Made by a program: the position numbers and the translations under genes. A model generated the notes under the pieces. That model made no database searches. It saw only the letters and a program-made list of their open reading frames with translations, and was not told the origin of the DNA. From Spirogloea muscicola (Eukaryota), in NCBI GenBank assembly GCA_009602725.1, contig WELB01000003.1:1206796-1240849 (forward strand): a stretch of 34,054 nucleotides of DNA. Reading direction: 5' to 3'. Shown here piece by piece: positions 1 to 11,665 of this stretch (positions are counted from its first letter, which is position 1; each line of letters opens with the position of its first letter).

Positions 1-4
1 GGCG

Positions 5-3000
5 ATGGCGCCGCCCCCGCAGGGCGGCGGCGGCGGCGGCCGCAGGGCCGCCGCGCCGGAGCACGTCGTCGTGGCGGTGCACATCTCGCAGGAGGGCCAG
101 AGCTCGCTCCTGTGGGCCCTCAACAAGTGCGCGCCCGGCGACACCGTCACCATCCTCCACGTCGTCGAGCACCTGCCCGGCCATGGTGAGCGACTCCCCG
201 CCGCGCCGCCGACGGCCCTCGCGGAGGCAGCCAGCCGTCGCTGGTCGTGGCGACGTGAGGGTCATGGCTGCGCGACCAGCAGCGAGGAGCCTACGCCCGG
301 CTGCGCTCGGTGGGCGCTCAGCGCAGCAGGCACGCAGGAGCGCGCGGATCAGGGCCGCCGTGACAGCCGCCGGTCGCGCTGGCTCGACTTCATAGCGAGT
401 CCTCCTCAGCCAGGCCGCCGTCGGCGGGCCTCCCGCCATAGCTGGTGTCAGTCACTGCCGCAGCCGCCGCTTCTGTTACATGGACTGTACTTGACCGCTG
501 ATGGTGGACCGGCTGCTCGCAGCACCTACCGGCGGTCCGGATGCCGGAGCGCACGTCCCCAACTTCAGCTCACGGGCCTCCATGGCAGGTTCGCGGCAGC
601 ACCCGGGTGCTCGCAGGCGTCCTCTGGATGTCGGCGGCAGAGCGGCGTGCCGCACCTTGCGCATGCACCACTGACGCGCCGCCACAAATGGGCGGGGACC
701 ACAGAGGTCGAGATGCGGCCGGTCAACGCCGTCGGCGCGGACGAGCTGGCGGGCTACAAGGAGCAGATTGGGCGGTCGTGCGCCGCGCTGCTCTTTGTCT
801 TCCGCAAGATCTGCGAGGCCAAACGAGTGAGCGTTGCCGCGCGCCACAGCCTGCCTGCTCCTCTTGCGCTCATCCTTCTGTCGCTGCTTTCGTCTCGCCA
901 GGTCTTGCCGTCGATTGCTCATGAGTTGTCTCATTGCCTCGCACCTTCCTGACACGCCGACACCCCCTCCTCCCCTGCTCCTGCGCCAGATAACGGCGCA
1001 TGTGCAGGTGGCACATGGGTCCGATGCCAGGCGCTCGATCGTCACAGAGTCCATGCTCGTCGGCGCCACGCGGCTCGTCATTGGCGGCGTGTCCATGTGA
1101 GCATCCTCATCCATCGCATTGCGTGGCCGCCAGTGAGAGCGGGGAGGGAGAAGGAGAGGAGAGTGGAACCGAGTGATGCCTCTCGTAGCATGCAGTCCAG
1201 GCCTCCTCAGTCCGTCGCTATGTCAAGCCGGTCGTCTTCGATGGCGCCGACAGCGACCTGGCAGCGACCATTTCACAGAAGAAAGCTTGGCTTCGGTGCA
1301 GGATGAACAAGCGCAGCCTGGTGAAGTACTACGTGGAGCACATGCACCCCCGCAGCATCATCTACTTCCTCAAGGACGGGAAGCTGCGCGAGGTGAAGGC
1401 CGGCAAGGCCTCTAAGTCCACGTTCGCGCCAGTCTCTGCAGGGGCACTGCTGTCGCCGACTGCGCGACGCCTGGCATCGTTCAACCGCAGCATCAGCATG
1501 CCGCACGGGGCACCGCCGGTGCTGTCGCCGCTGGCGGGCGCCAGTGTGGCAAAGGCGGCGGCCGTCGCGCCGCAGATGCCCAAGCGCTACTCCAGCTTCC
1601 CGGATGCCGCCAATCCCTCCTCGGTGGCCTCCACCGCCGCTGCCGCTGCTGCCGCTGCCGCCGCCGCCGCCGCAGCGGCCGCTACTAAAGTGGCGTCGTC
1701 TGAGAGCTCGCCGCGGAGCTCAGAGGGCTCTCAGTCGCCCGTGAGCGTGCTCAAAGCTGGCGCCGTGCTCCCAGCGGAAGGCAGCCCCAAGGACAGCGCG
1801 GAGGAAGGCCACCTGCAACGGCTGGACGCCCTGCCGTCGTCGCCATTGCCGCCGCTGCCGCCGGCGGCCCAGCTGCCACGCTGTCCGTCGAGCGAAGGTG
1901 GCAACAGCGAGCCCGGCGTCGCTGGCGGGTGGGACACGGAGGCCGCCTTCTTCTCGCCGCGCAACAGCGACGATGGTGGCGGCAACGGCGGTGGTCGTCC
2001 TGGCGGCGGCACGGCAGCCGCAGACGCGTGGGCCATTAGCGACGCTACCAGCCCGACTTCAAGCTGCGGGTCGCCGATGGCGGGGGACGACGCTGCGGCG
2101 AGCCTGCGCTTCATCGCCGGCCTCGAGTCGCACTGGGTGGCGTTCACGCACGCCCAGCTAGCGGCGGCCACGGGCGGCTTCCCCGAGGTGGCGGTCATTG
2201 GACGAGGCGGCTGCAGCACGGTGTACAAGGGCACGTTGTCGCTGACGCCGGCGGCTGGGCGGCAGGTCGCTGTCAAGGTGCTGACGCGTGATGGCCCCGA
2301 TGGCGACCGCGAGTTCCAAACGGAGGTCCAGATGCTCGGTGCAGTGCGCCATCGGCACGTCGCCTCTCTCATCGGTTACTGCATCGAGGGCGAGCTGCGC
2401 CTCCTGGTCTACGATCTTTTCGAGCACGGCAATCTTGAGGACAATCTACACGGTCAGTATCTCAGCTAAGCCGCGATGCGAAATGTCATCCAGCAGAGGA
2501 GGGAGCCCCCTTGTAGTTTAAGTGTTTTGCTGTCTTCTGGCGCCATCCCCTTTGCTGCTGCTGCCTTGGCCGTCGCTGCCAAAAGCCTTCCTTGCTTAAT
2601 GGGTCCCACAGAAATTCTTTCTTGTTTGTGTGCTAACACTATTGCACAGAAAAATTTGCATCTGCCTATCTGCATACTGAATCCAATTGCATGCAATGTA
2701 GACATGCGGAAAACGGTGCTGGGTTGGGAGACGCGGCACCAGATTGCGGTGGATGCAGCTCGCGCGCTCGAGTATCTGCACTGCTATGCGCCACAGCCAA
2801 TCATACACCGCGACATCAAGTCATCAAATATCCTGCTCGGTGGCGACTTCAGTGCCAAGGTACAGGCAGCCTCCTCACAACCATTGCTGGATGATCTTGC
2901 GAATGTAACTATGTTTTATCTTTGCCTGGTTCCAGGCGACCATTTTGCATGCCACATTCTTAGGAGTAACGATCTAGACAGGCGTGGAATTGCTCGCTGG

Positions 3001-4537
3001 TCAACAATATAAACATTGGGCGCTTGCTTGCTGATAGCGCATCTCATTCAGTAAGCGTCTGGACAATTGGCAGGTGTCAGACTTCGGGCTAGCCCGGTGG
3101 GATACAACAACCAAGTTGGAGCCACAGATGAACGCGGATGTTGTTGGCACTTTCGGGTGTGTCCTTGAGCCTTAAAGCGCCGAGCTGGACCACTTCTCTG
3201 ATATTAGCAAAGGAGAGCAGAGTATGATCACCAATAGCACATCATATCTGTTTCCCGACAGCACGTCACTTCTTTGCCATTTATTCTATTCTGCCGACTA
3301 ACCTGTCGCCTTTGCTTGAGTGAGTACAGCTACCTGGCGCCCGAGTATTTCCTCTATGGCAAGGTGAACGACAAGACAGACGTCTACTCGTTTGGTGTTG
3401 TGCTCCTTGAGCTCCTCACAGGCCTCTCGCCCATCGACGTCACGCGACCCAAGGGCCACGAGAACCTTGCCCTCTGGGTGAGCCTCGGCAGCCTTCGTGA
3501 AAGTATCATGTCCTAGAGCTTAATCTCTGTGCCGTTCTTCTAACTCGTCATTGAGCACACCCTTAGTATGAGCACTTGATGCATGTCGAAATGTTCAGCG
3601 TGGCACCATCCGAGTTGCCGGTCTGCCTGACCAGACCTGCGCTGCTGCGCCCGTGGTTATTGCAGGCCAAGCCGCTGCTGCCCAACGGCGAGGTGAGGAA
3701 CATCATGGACAGGCGGCTGGATGGCGCTTACACCGAGTCGCAGGCGCGCCGAATGATGCTCACTGCCGCATTCTGCCTCAATGACGACTCCCTGCGGCGG
3801 CCCAAGATGAGCCAGGTGAGCCCACTCGCGCTCAAGTAGCAGTTTTGTCAAAAATTAGCTTGTAATTTTAGGACTTAGTAGATATGCCCACAGTAATGAT
3901 AAAGGTTAAGTGTCAGTCAATTTTACCATTGTCTAGTTGAGGTTGACGTCTCTATCACTTGTGTCCTGCAGGTGGTGCGCATGCTGGAGGAGCCGGCCAT
4001 CCTTGCTGAGGCGCTCATGCTGGAGTGCCCGTCTCCGCGAGGCGAGGTCGAGAAGCTGACGGTGTCACAGGCTGAGGAGCCGGACATCGATCGCACCAGC
4101 TCCACTATGCGCGCGCAGGTGAAGGACTGCAGCCATTCACTTTTCGTCAGACCACCAAAAGTGGATCTGGGTACTGCAGTTCTACAATGTCAGAAATCAG
4201 AAACCCTCCGCAGATGTTCTCACTTGTGTGCAATTGGCTGTCGCAGTTCATGGCGCTGGCGATGCCAGAGGACGGTGAGGAGACGGCAGCACCAATGGTT
4301 GCAGAGGAGGACGAAGAAGAGGAGGACGGAAGCAGCATCGAAGCACTCAAAGCGGACGAGTACCTGGCATCGCGGCGCAGCGCGTCATCGTCGTCGGGCA
4401 GCGGCAAGAGCACGCCGCCTGAGGTCCGCAAGAGCTCGCCGCAGCTGCGCTCGCCGCTGCGCACGCCGCCGCGGGCCAGGAGCCCCTTGCGCACCCCGCC
4501 CAAGAGCCCGCTCCTCCGCGGCCTCATAAAGCGGTAG
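5..4537 (+). CDS. USP (adenine-nucleotide alpha-hydrolase-like) domain + Ser/Thr receptor-like cytoplasmic kinase, RLCK-VI-like
   Basis: Exons 5-185, 705-826, 990-1096, 1302-2452, 2702-2859, 3074-3156, 3330-3477, 3666-3815, 3972-4118, 4247-4537 join in frame via GT-AG introns. N-terminal USP fold ([27 protein letters not shown]). Kinase motifs [62 protein letters not shown]. The C-terminal MALAM...DEYL..R.S.SSS tail resembles land-plant USP-RLCKs. Confidence 0.92.
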
Positions 4538-5505
4538 CAGCTGCCAGCACTGCTGCCGGCGCCCACTGATGGTGCACTTGGCGTTGACGTCGGCAGGCAT
4601 ACAATGTCTGCCCCTACCTCCAAGCCCAAACCTGAACTCGCAAACCTCGCTTCCGCCTCTCTTTGACTCCACATTCCCCTTTGTTCTTCCCTCTGGGGTG
4701 TCCCTAGGCCTCTTCTCAGGCCATATTCGATTCATTCTCGTACACATCCTGCAAATAAGCACCTCCATTGTTCTCGTAGCTCGTTGATTAGAGAGCTATT
4801 TGAACAGGCTCTTGTGGTGTACAAGAGCTGGAGCTTATGGCAGGGTCGAGTGCCTCCATATTGCTGGCGCGGCGTGCGGGTCTTGCTGGCTCATTCTCGC
4901 AGCCAATATTGGTGCTTGAGATTTCTAGATACGTCACCATGTAGATTTCTAGAGAAGTCTATGTCAGGGCAGCCATATTGCTGTAGGCTTCACCTGAATT
5001 TGTAATAAAGCCATTCCAATTGCGAGCAACCTGAAGCTCCTACAAGTGTGCCACAGGAGATATAAGTTGCACAATTTCCCGTTTTGCTTGATGCTTAATT
5101 GCTCCCAAGAGGGCATACTGCTAAGCAAAGTGGTCAATGTAGAAAACTGAGAAGGACGAAGACCAACTTAGAGGGTCCTCCTTGAAGACAAGTCAATGTG
5201 GGGCTGTGCAATGACAGGCCTGTATCTTGCGCTAGTGCTGCTTGCGAGACTTGGGGCTTTGTATGTCGTCGTTGTGGGTTCTGATCAGACGCTGAATATT
5301 GATGCAGCGGCGGCATCACTGTGGGTTGGGGGTTTTGAACCACACAAGCAGGGCCTTGATTCGAGCCCAGTGGGGCTGCGAATCTGGGAAAACCGCCAGT
5401 GGTGAACTGTGCGCAAGGCCGAAATGCAGCGCGGCTGTGCTCGCTGAGGACCCACGCAAGCTGCCGAGTACCACCAGCAGCATCTGTGAGAGGATGACTA
5501 CTTCG

Positions 5506-5640
5506 AGTAGAGGGTGATGGCTGTGATCGGCTGAGCAAGACTCTTCCAGTAGAGGGCGATGGCTGTGATCGGCTGAGCAAGACTCTTCTAGTAGAGGGCG
5601 ACGGCTGTGATCGGCCAGCCCAGGAAAAAGAATGAACAGA
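5506..5640. repeat. 42-bp tandem repeat (~3 units), member of dispersed repeat family A
   Basis: agtagaggg(t/c)gatggctgtgatcggctgagcaagactcttc repeated; the third unit runs into ccagcccaggaaaaagaatgaacag, which is shared with other family A copies. Confidence 0.9.
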
Positions 5641-5859
5641 TTTAGTAGGGGCCAGGAACTCGCTAGAACACACAGCGTGCGCTCTGTGAAGTGAGGGCGA
5701 TGGCGACGGTGTCACCCACAGCGTTTTGATGGGCGCCCATCAAAACGCTGATGCAACTCGCAGCCGCTCAGCTGAGAGCCGGCGCGGCGGCGGCCGACTG
5801 CCCACTTGCCGGCTGCTCAGGCACGGCGCCGCCGCCGCCGCCGCCGCCACCGCCGCTGC

Positions 5860-6786
5860 NNNNNNNNNNNNNNNNNNNNNNNNNNNNNNNNNNNNNNNNN
5901 NNNNNNNNNNNNNNNNNNNNNNNNNNNNNNNNNNNNNNNNNNNNNNNNNNNNNNNNNNNNNNNNNNNNNNNNNNNNNNNNNNNNNNNNNNNNNNNNNNNN
6001 NNNNNNNNNNNNNNNNNNNNNNNNNNNNNNNNNNNNNNNNNNNNNNNNNNNNNNNNNNNNNNNNNNNNNNNNNNNNNNNNNNNNNNNNNNNNNNNNNNNN
6101 NNNNNNNNNNNNNNNNNNNNNNNNNNNNNNNNNNNNNNNNNNNNNNNNNNNNNNNNNNNNNNNNNNNNNNNNNNNNNNNNNNNNNNNNNNNNNNNNNNNN
6201 NNNNNNNNNNNNNNNNNNNNNNNNNNNNNNNNNNNNNNNNNNNNNNNNNNNNNNNNNNNNNNNNNNNNNNNNNNNNNNNNNNNNNNNNNNNNNNNNNNNN
6301 NNNNNNNNNNNNNNNNNNNNNNNNNNNNNNNNNNNNNNNNNNNNNNNNNNNNNNNNNNNNNNNNNNNNNNNNNNNNNNNNNNNNNNNNNNNNNNNNNNNN
6401 NNNNNNNNNNNNNNNNNNNNNNNNNNNNNNNNNNNNNNNNNNNNNNNNNNNNNNNNNNNNNNNNNNNNNNNNNNNNNNNNNNNNNNNNNNNNNNNNNNNN
6501 NNNNNNNNNNNNNNNNNNNNNNNNNNNNNNNNNNNNNNNNNNNNNNNNNNNNNNNNNNNNNNNNNNNNNNNNNNNNNNNNNNNNNNNNNNNNNNNNNNNN
6601 NNNNNNNNNNNNNNNNNNNNNNNNNNNNNNNNNNNNNNNNNNNNNNNNNNNNNNNNNNNNNNNNNNNNNNNNNNNNNNNNNNNNNNNNNNNNNNNNNNNN
6701 NNNNNNNNNNNNNNNNNNNNNNNNNNNNNNNNNNNNNNNNNNNNNNNNNNNNNNNNNNNNNNNNNNNNNNNNNNNNNNNNNNNNNN
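5860..6786. other. Assembly gap (N run)
   Basis: Ns, flanked on the left by (GCC)n. Confidence 1.
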
Positions 6787-6891
6787 ATGAGCAGCCGCGC
6801 GGCGCGAGGCCTGGCGCCGCTGCAGCAGCTGGCCGTGCTCGCCGGCTTCTCCGCGCTCTCGGGGTGGTGCGCGCCGCCAAGGCCTGTGACT

Positions 6892-6922
<31 letters not shown>

Positions 6923-7080
6923 CCGGCCTGCACTGCCATTGCTGCCGAGCGTGACCATTGCCGCCGCGGCGCAGGTACGGCTTCATGTTCGGCAAGGAGG
7001 CAGCGCGGCGCGAGCTCGAGGCCAAGATCCGCGAGCTCAAGGACCGCGTCGCGGGCCTGTCCTCCTCCGCCAGCCCCTGA
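6787..7080 (+). CDS. Small single-transmembrane protein of a conserved, uncharacterised plant-type family (5' end may extend into the gap)
   Basis: Exons 6787-6866 and 6975-7080 (GT-AG) give MSSRAARGLAPLQQLAVLAGFSALSGWYGFMFGKEAARRELEAKIRELKDRVAGLSSSASP*. The WYGFMFG-E-AR-EL motif is recalled from small plant proteins. Confidence 0.7.
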
Positions 7081-8872
7081 GCGGCGCGCCGTCATCACCG
7101 CTGCAGCGGCTGTGAGAGCCGAACTTGGGCAAGAGGCAGCCCCCGGCGGGTGCGCGCCGCTGCCATGGGCTGGCCTCCTGGCCATGGCCGTCGAGCTGCG
7201 CACCCCGAGCTGGCTGCGTCGTACGCCAATTCGCGCTCTGCTGGCGCTGCGGAGGCTCTCACTAGCGCCCAAGAGGCCTTGAGCCACTGGTCGTTCATCG
7301 ACCAGGTCGCTCGCGCTCAGTGCCAGGCAAGAGATGGTGGCGGCAGCGTGGTCGGCGATGATCGCTGCAAGGTAGTACACAGTCGCGGCGTGACAGTCGT
7401 GGCGAGTGCACGGCCTGCACTGTCTCAGGCATTTGCGTAGTGCCCATTCCGCGGCTCTGACCACCTTCGCCTTGAGCAGGACCAAGCACAACAAGGGGCG
7501 CCGCATGTGCCACAGCTCCGACAGGACTCTTGGCACACATTTACCAGCAATTTTGACAGTTTGCACAGTGCCTCTGGGACCCGCATGCTTGCACCCATCT
7601 GCGGAGGCAGAGATGTCAAACGGGCCACCTCACAACACTGACTTCAATTTACTGATGTGAGGCAGCCTCATTGCGCAAGCCCTTGGCGTGTTCGAAGCTT
7701 TGTCTGCCTGCCTGTGCTGCAGAAACGTGGCCTGCTCTGTCTTGCTAGGCGTGATAGTGGAGTTCATTGTACGGCGGCTAAAGGAAGGTTGGGATTGGGC
7801 ATCTGCTATCCCACACAGTGTAGCATTGCATCTGCATCCTTGCCAGCTGCAGAGAAAGCATCAAGCGAGTTCAACAGGACTGGTTGCGCGGGCAAACCCG
7901 TCCCATTTATGTCTTGGTATGGGGCTGCACTGGCAATTGGTGACAAATAACGTGCTCTAGTTCTTAGGCTTAATAACAAAGAAATAGACTGGTGAATCTC
8001 AAGTTGGCAGGTCCTTGTTGGCAATGCTGCCCACCATCCGTGGCCTTTATTGCTTGTCTCCCAAGCGCGCAGTTTGTGACAGGACTTGTCTTGGTCTGTC
8101 CTTTTTCTGCACCGTTGTCAACGGATTGGAGCGGTGTGGCTCAGTTTGCGTCCCTGCTTAGATCGTGTACCCTTCCTGGCAATGGCTGCAGAGTGCATCA
8201 TGCTAGTTGTTCTCAAGTAAGCATTAGAAGAGTCAGCTCTCCGTCAGTGCCTTTCGGCATTTGTCTGTCATTGGGTGCTCAGTTGGAAGGCTTACATGCA
8301 TACATGCATGCATGTACTTGGACATGTCAGGCAGTACCGTAGACAACCACACAAGGATGTGCAGGCAAAGATACTCCCCAAAAGCTCCTCAACCGCCTAG
8401 ACCCGCTACTCATCTGCATCTCAATCATCACAGGAGAACCTCTGTCAAAGGGAGAGAGAGAAGGCGCGCGGTGCGCATGAAAGGATGAATGGCTGTGAAA
8501 GGCCAGCTCCCAAAATGAACTGGAAAAGAGTCACCACAGAGCAGCGAGTGTGCTTGTCTGAAGTGATTCTTGTCGAGGCCCAGGGCCCTCGATTACGAGC
8601 AACCGTGGTGCCACAGCTTGGTCAGATAGCGCATCCATGAATTCTTTGCAAAGCTTAAACCCTGAGCCTCTGCCATCTTCCGCGCCCCCAACCCGGTAAC
8701 GACGGCGGCTGCGGCGGCGGCGGCGGCGGCGGCGACGGCGGCATCCATGGCCGAGCGCCTCGGCAGCCCGGAGGCTGCGGCGGCGCTCCTCGGAGCGCAC
8801 TAGCACAACCAACTTCGTCCTCCTTCGCCACAGCAGCCGCCGCAGCAGCGGCCGCGGCGGCGTGCGCCCGCC

Positions 8873-11382
8873 ATGAAGCTCGTGGCCGGCTCGTACGAGC
8901 GCTTCGTCTTCGGCTACGACGTCGCGGCCATCTCCTCCGGCGCCGCCACTCCGAGGTTGCCCTGCGACTTCCCCAGCTCCATGGCCGCCTCCGCAGCAGC
9001 CGCGGCCGCCGTCTCTCGTGGCGGCGCCGCGGCAGCCGCCACCACTGAGCCCGCAGCCGCCATCGCGTGGAGTGAGCTCGGGAAGCCAGCGACTGGCGCA
9101 TAGTTGAGGTCCCGCTGTGGCTGACGATGGCCCGTTGGGCGCTGGCCTCGCAGCGAGGAGCCGGCGACGGCGGCGGCGGTGGCGCAGCTGACGGCGGCGT
9201 TTGAGTACGGCGCCCACCTGGGGCCCGTCAAGTGCCTGGCCGCGGCGGGCCCCGTGGCGGTGTCCGGCGCCGCCGACGACCTCGTGCGCGTCTACGACCT
9301 GGACGCCGCGCGCGACATGGGCGCGCTGGTGCGCCACGACGGCGCCGTCACCTGCTGCCAGCTCCATGGCGGCGGCGGCGGCGGCCGGCCCAGCCACCTG
9401 CTGACCGGCGGCGCTGACGCCGCCGTCTGCGTCTGGGACGCCGCCGCCTGGACGCCGCTCAAGACGCTGCGCGGCCACAAGGCCGCCGTCAACAGCCTCG
9501 CCAGTGAGCCGCCGGAGCCCATCAGCATAAGCGCGCTCGCACAACCTGCAGAATTTTAACCAAGTTCTCAGCATACAATCATGAACCACAGCTTACCTTA
9601 ATCAAGTACATTAGTGGTAGAGGAAGGGGCACCTGCTTGACAGATCATGACGTCCGCAGGCCCATGGCGGCAGAGCTTAGTCCCCGCTGTTGACCTTTGT
9701 TTGGCGCGCTGGCAGTCCACCCAAGTGGTCGGCTGGCGCTCTCCGTCGGCCGGGACCGTGCGCTGTGCATGTGGAACCTCGTCAAGGGCAGCCGCAGCCT
9801 CGCCTCCTCCCTCCAGCAGGTTCTTGCCTATGTGGCTGCGACTGCTCAGCAAAGGCTTGCCTGCTAGCGATTCCAGGCCAGCTGCATGCATGCTGTTTCT
9901 GCCATTGACATTGCAAGTTGGGCTGATGAGCTTCTGCGGCTCAGCCCGCAGGAAGCCGAGATCGTGGCATTCTCCCCTCAAGACGGGGAGTACTATTCCC
10001 TCGTGACGGGCTCAGTGGCGAGCGTGCGGGCGTCCGAGACTGGCAAGGAGTTGCATGCGCTTGACCACCCGGACCGCGTTCTGTGCCTTGCCCAGCAGAG
10101 TGTGAGCCTATCTCGGGCTCTTATCTATCTAGACCCCAGAATGAAAAAACTCTAGTATACTTTGTGTGTAATCCTTCCCTGGTGCTGCAAGATGCATGCT
10201 GGCACAGCCAAAGACGTTGTCAAGCAAGCGGCTTATCTTCTGGCACGTTGTCAAGGATTATGGTATTGCATCTTGACACTGCCAGAGCGGAGCGAGCGTT
10301 GGCATGCCCGCAGGACAGAGTGCTGGTGACCGGCGGCGAGGGTGCAGCGGTGCGCTGCTGGGACACTGCCGACGGCACATGCACGCTCGAGATCCCTGGC
10401 ACCCACTCCAGGCGCATCCGGGGCCTTGCCGCCCTTCCGAGCCCCAGCAGTGATGGCGGCAGCACTCTGGGCCTGATCGCCTCGGCGTCCTCCGACGGCC
10501 TGATCCGTGTCTGGGACCCGCGCATGATCCGCGGCGAGGGCGCCACGGGCCAGCGGGCGCTGGCTGAGGCCGACACACGGGCGCGACTGACATGCCTTGC
10601 AGTCGGCGGCTCCTCCAGCGGCTCAGGTCGTGGGCTCCGTCCCAACGCCGCACCTTGCCTCGGGCTTGAAGGTCCACAAACAGCGTCACAAGTACAGAAG
10701 CATTTCCCAACGTGAAGCAAAAAGATTTACTGGTCAAAACAGGGTCAAGAGTCAAGTGAATAAGAGGCCAAGCGAACATAATAAGGTTCGAGTCAAGGTT
10801 TACTAGACCTGTTTAAGTCAGGCTTCCTGATTGGGAAGTTTGCCTTCCAGTCCAGGCATGAACTGACCAATACTGCTGCATGCAGGAGGCCCTGAGCGGC
10901 TGGAGGAGGCGGAGGTAGGTGGCCGAGCTGCTCTGCCGGAGGCTGCCAACATAACACCGGTCAGGCAAAAGCGGGAGGCCAGCGGCACGTCGGCGGTCGA
11001 GGAGGAGGGCAGGAGGCCAACGAAGAGGCGCAACGGCAAGGGAGGTGGCCTGAAGCGGGCTGCCAATGGCAAGCTCGATGACGTGGCCCCTCGCTTGAAA
11101 CGCCGAGGGCTTGGCAAGAGGGCCATGGCCGCCCAGCCGCCACCGGCGAGGCGAAAGCTGGTGGCCAGTGAAGACGAGGGACGGAGGCAGAGCAAGATGC
11201 GCAGCGGCAAGGGAGGCAGTCCCAAGCTGGCCAACTCTGACATGGCCAATAGCACAAGCTTAAAGCAGCAGAAGGCTGGTGCCACGTTCGAGCGGCTGCC
11301 AGCTCCCCGGCTTCTGCCAGCCAAGCGCAAGCAGAAGGCGGCGGCAGCCGTGGTCCCCTTAGCTAATGGCGGCGGCAGCTAG
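8873..11382 (+). CDS. PAK1IP1: WD40 protein, PAK1-interacting protein 1 / Mak11-like (60S ribosome biogenesis)
   Basis: Diagnostic N-terminus MKLVAGSYERFVFGY. WD repeats AHLGPVKCLA..SGAADD, HDGAVTC..LLTGGAD..VWD, GHKAAVNSLAIHPSGRLALSVGRD..MWNL, IASASSDGLIRVWD, ARLTCLA; basic low-complexity C-tail. Exons ~8873-8955 (donor uncertain), 9154-9503, 9716-9819, 9952-10101, 10314-10626, 10886-11382. Confidence 0.88.
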
Positions 11383-11665
11383 CTTGCTGGGGCTGCCATG
11401 GAGGTGGACGATGGCACCGTGGGCCTGCCATTGCAGCCAATGGTGGTTGCAAGGAGCATGCATGCTGCATGGAGGCGCATTGGTGTTGGCAGGGTGGATG
11501 CCTAACTGCCATGAAGCTAGCTTCTGGCGGTCCATTGAGCTGTCGGTATAACAGGCCGTTCAAGGCAGCTATCTTTTGTCTATCTTCTATCTGGAACTTT
11601 TACATTCCACTTGACAGGTAGGAACGGGCCTTTTGTGCTTAATTAGTTCAGTGATACTACTGGTA

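Noticed and set aside
5315..5380. tRNA-like T-loop strings (gattcgagccc; ggttcaaaacc on the minus strand)
   Set aside because: No complete cloverleaf or matching A box could be built.
5726..7566. Long ORFs of 350-608 aa in the ORF track, and similar ones at 12566-13625 and 22954-23738
   Set aside because: Artefacts of reading through N runs.
7095..7570. Possible minus-strand gene
   Set aside because: Open frames exist in this GC-rich DNA, but I found no recognisable domain or consistent exon chain.
8531..9589. 352-aa antisense ORF over the WD40 gene, and similar antisense ORFs over other genes
   Set aside because: Shadow ORFs expected from high-GC codon usage.
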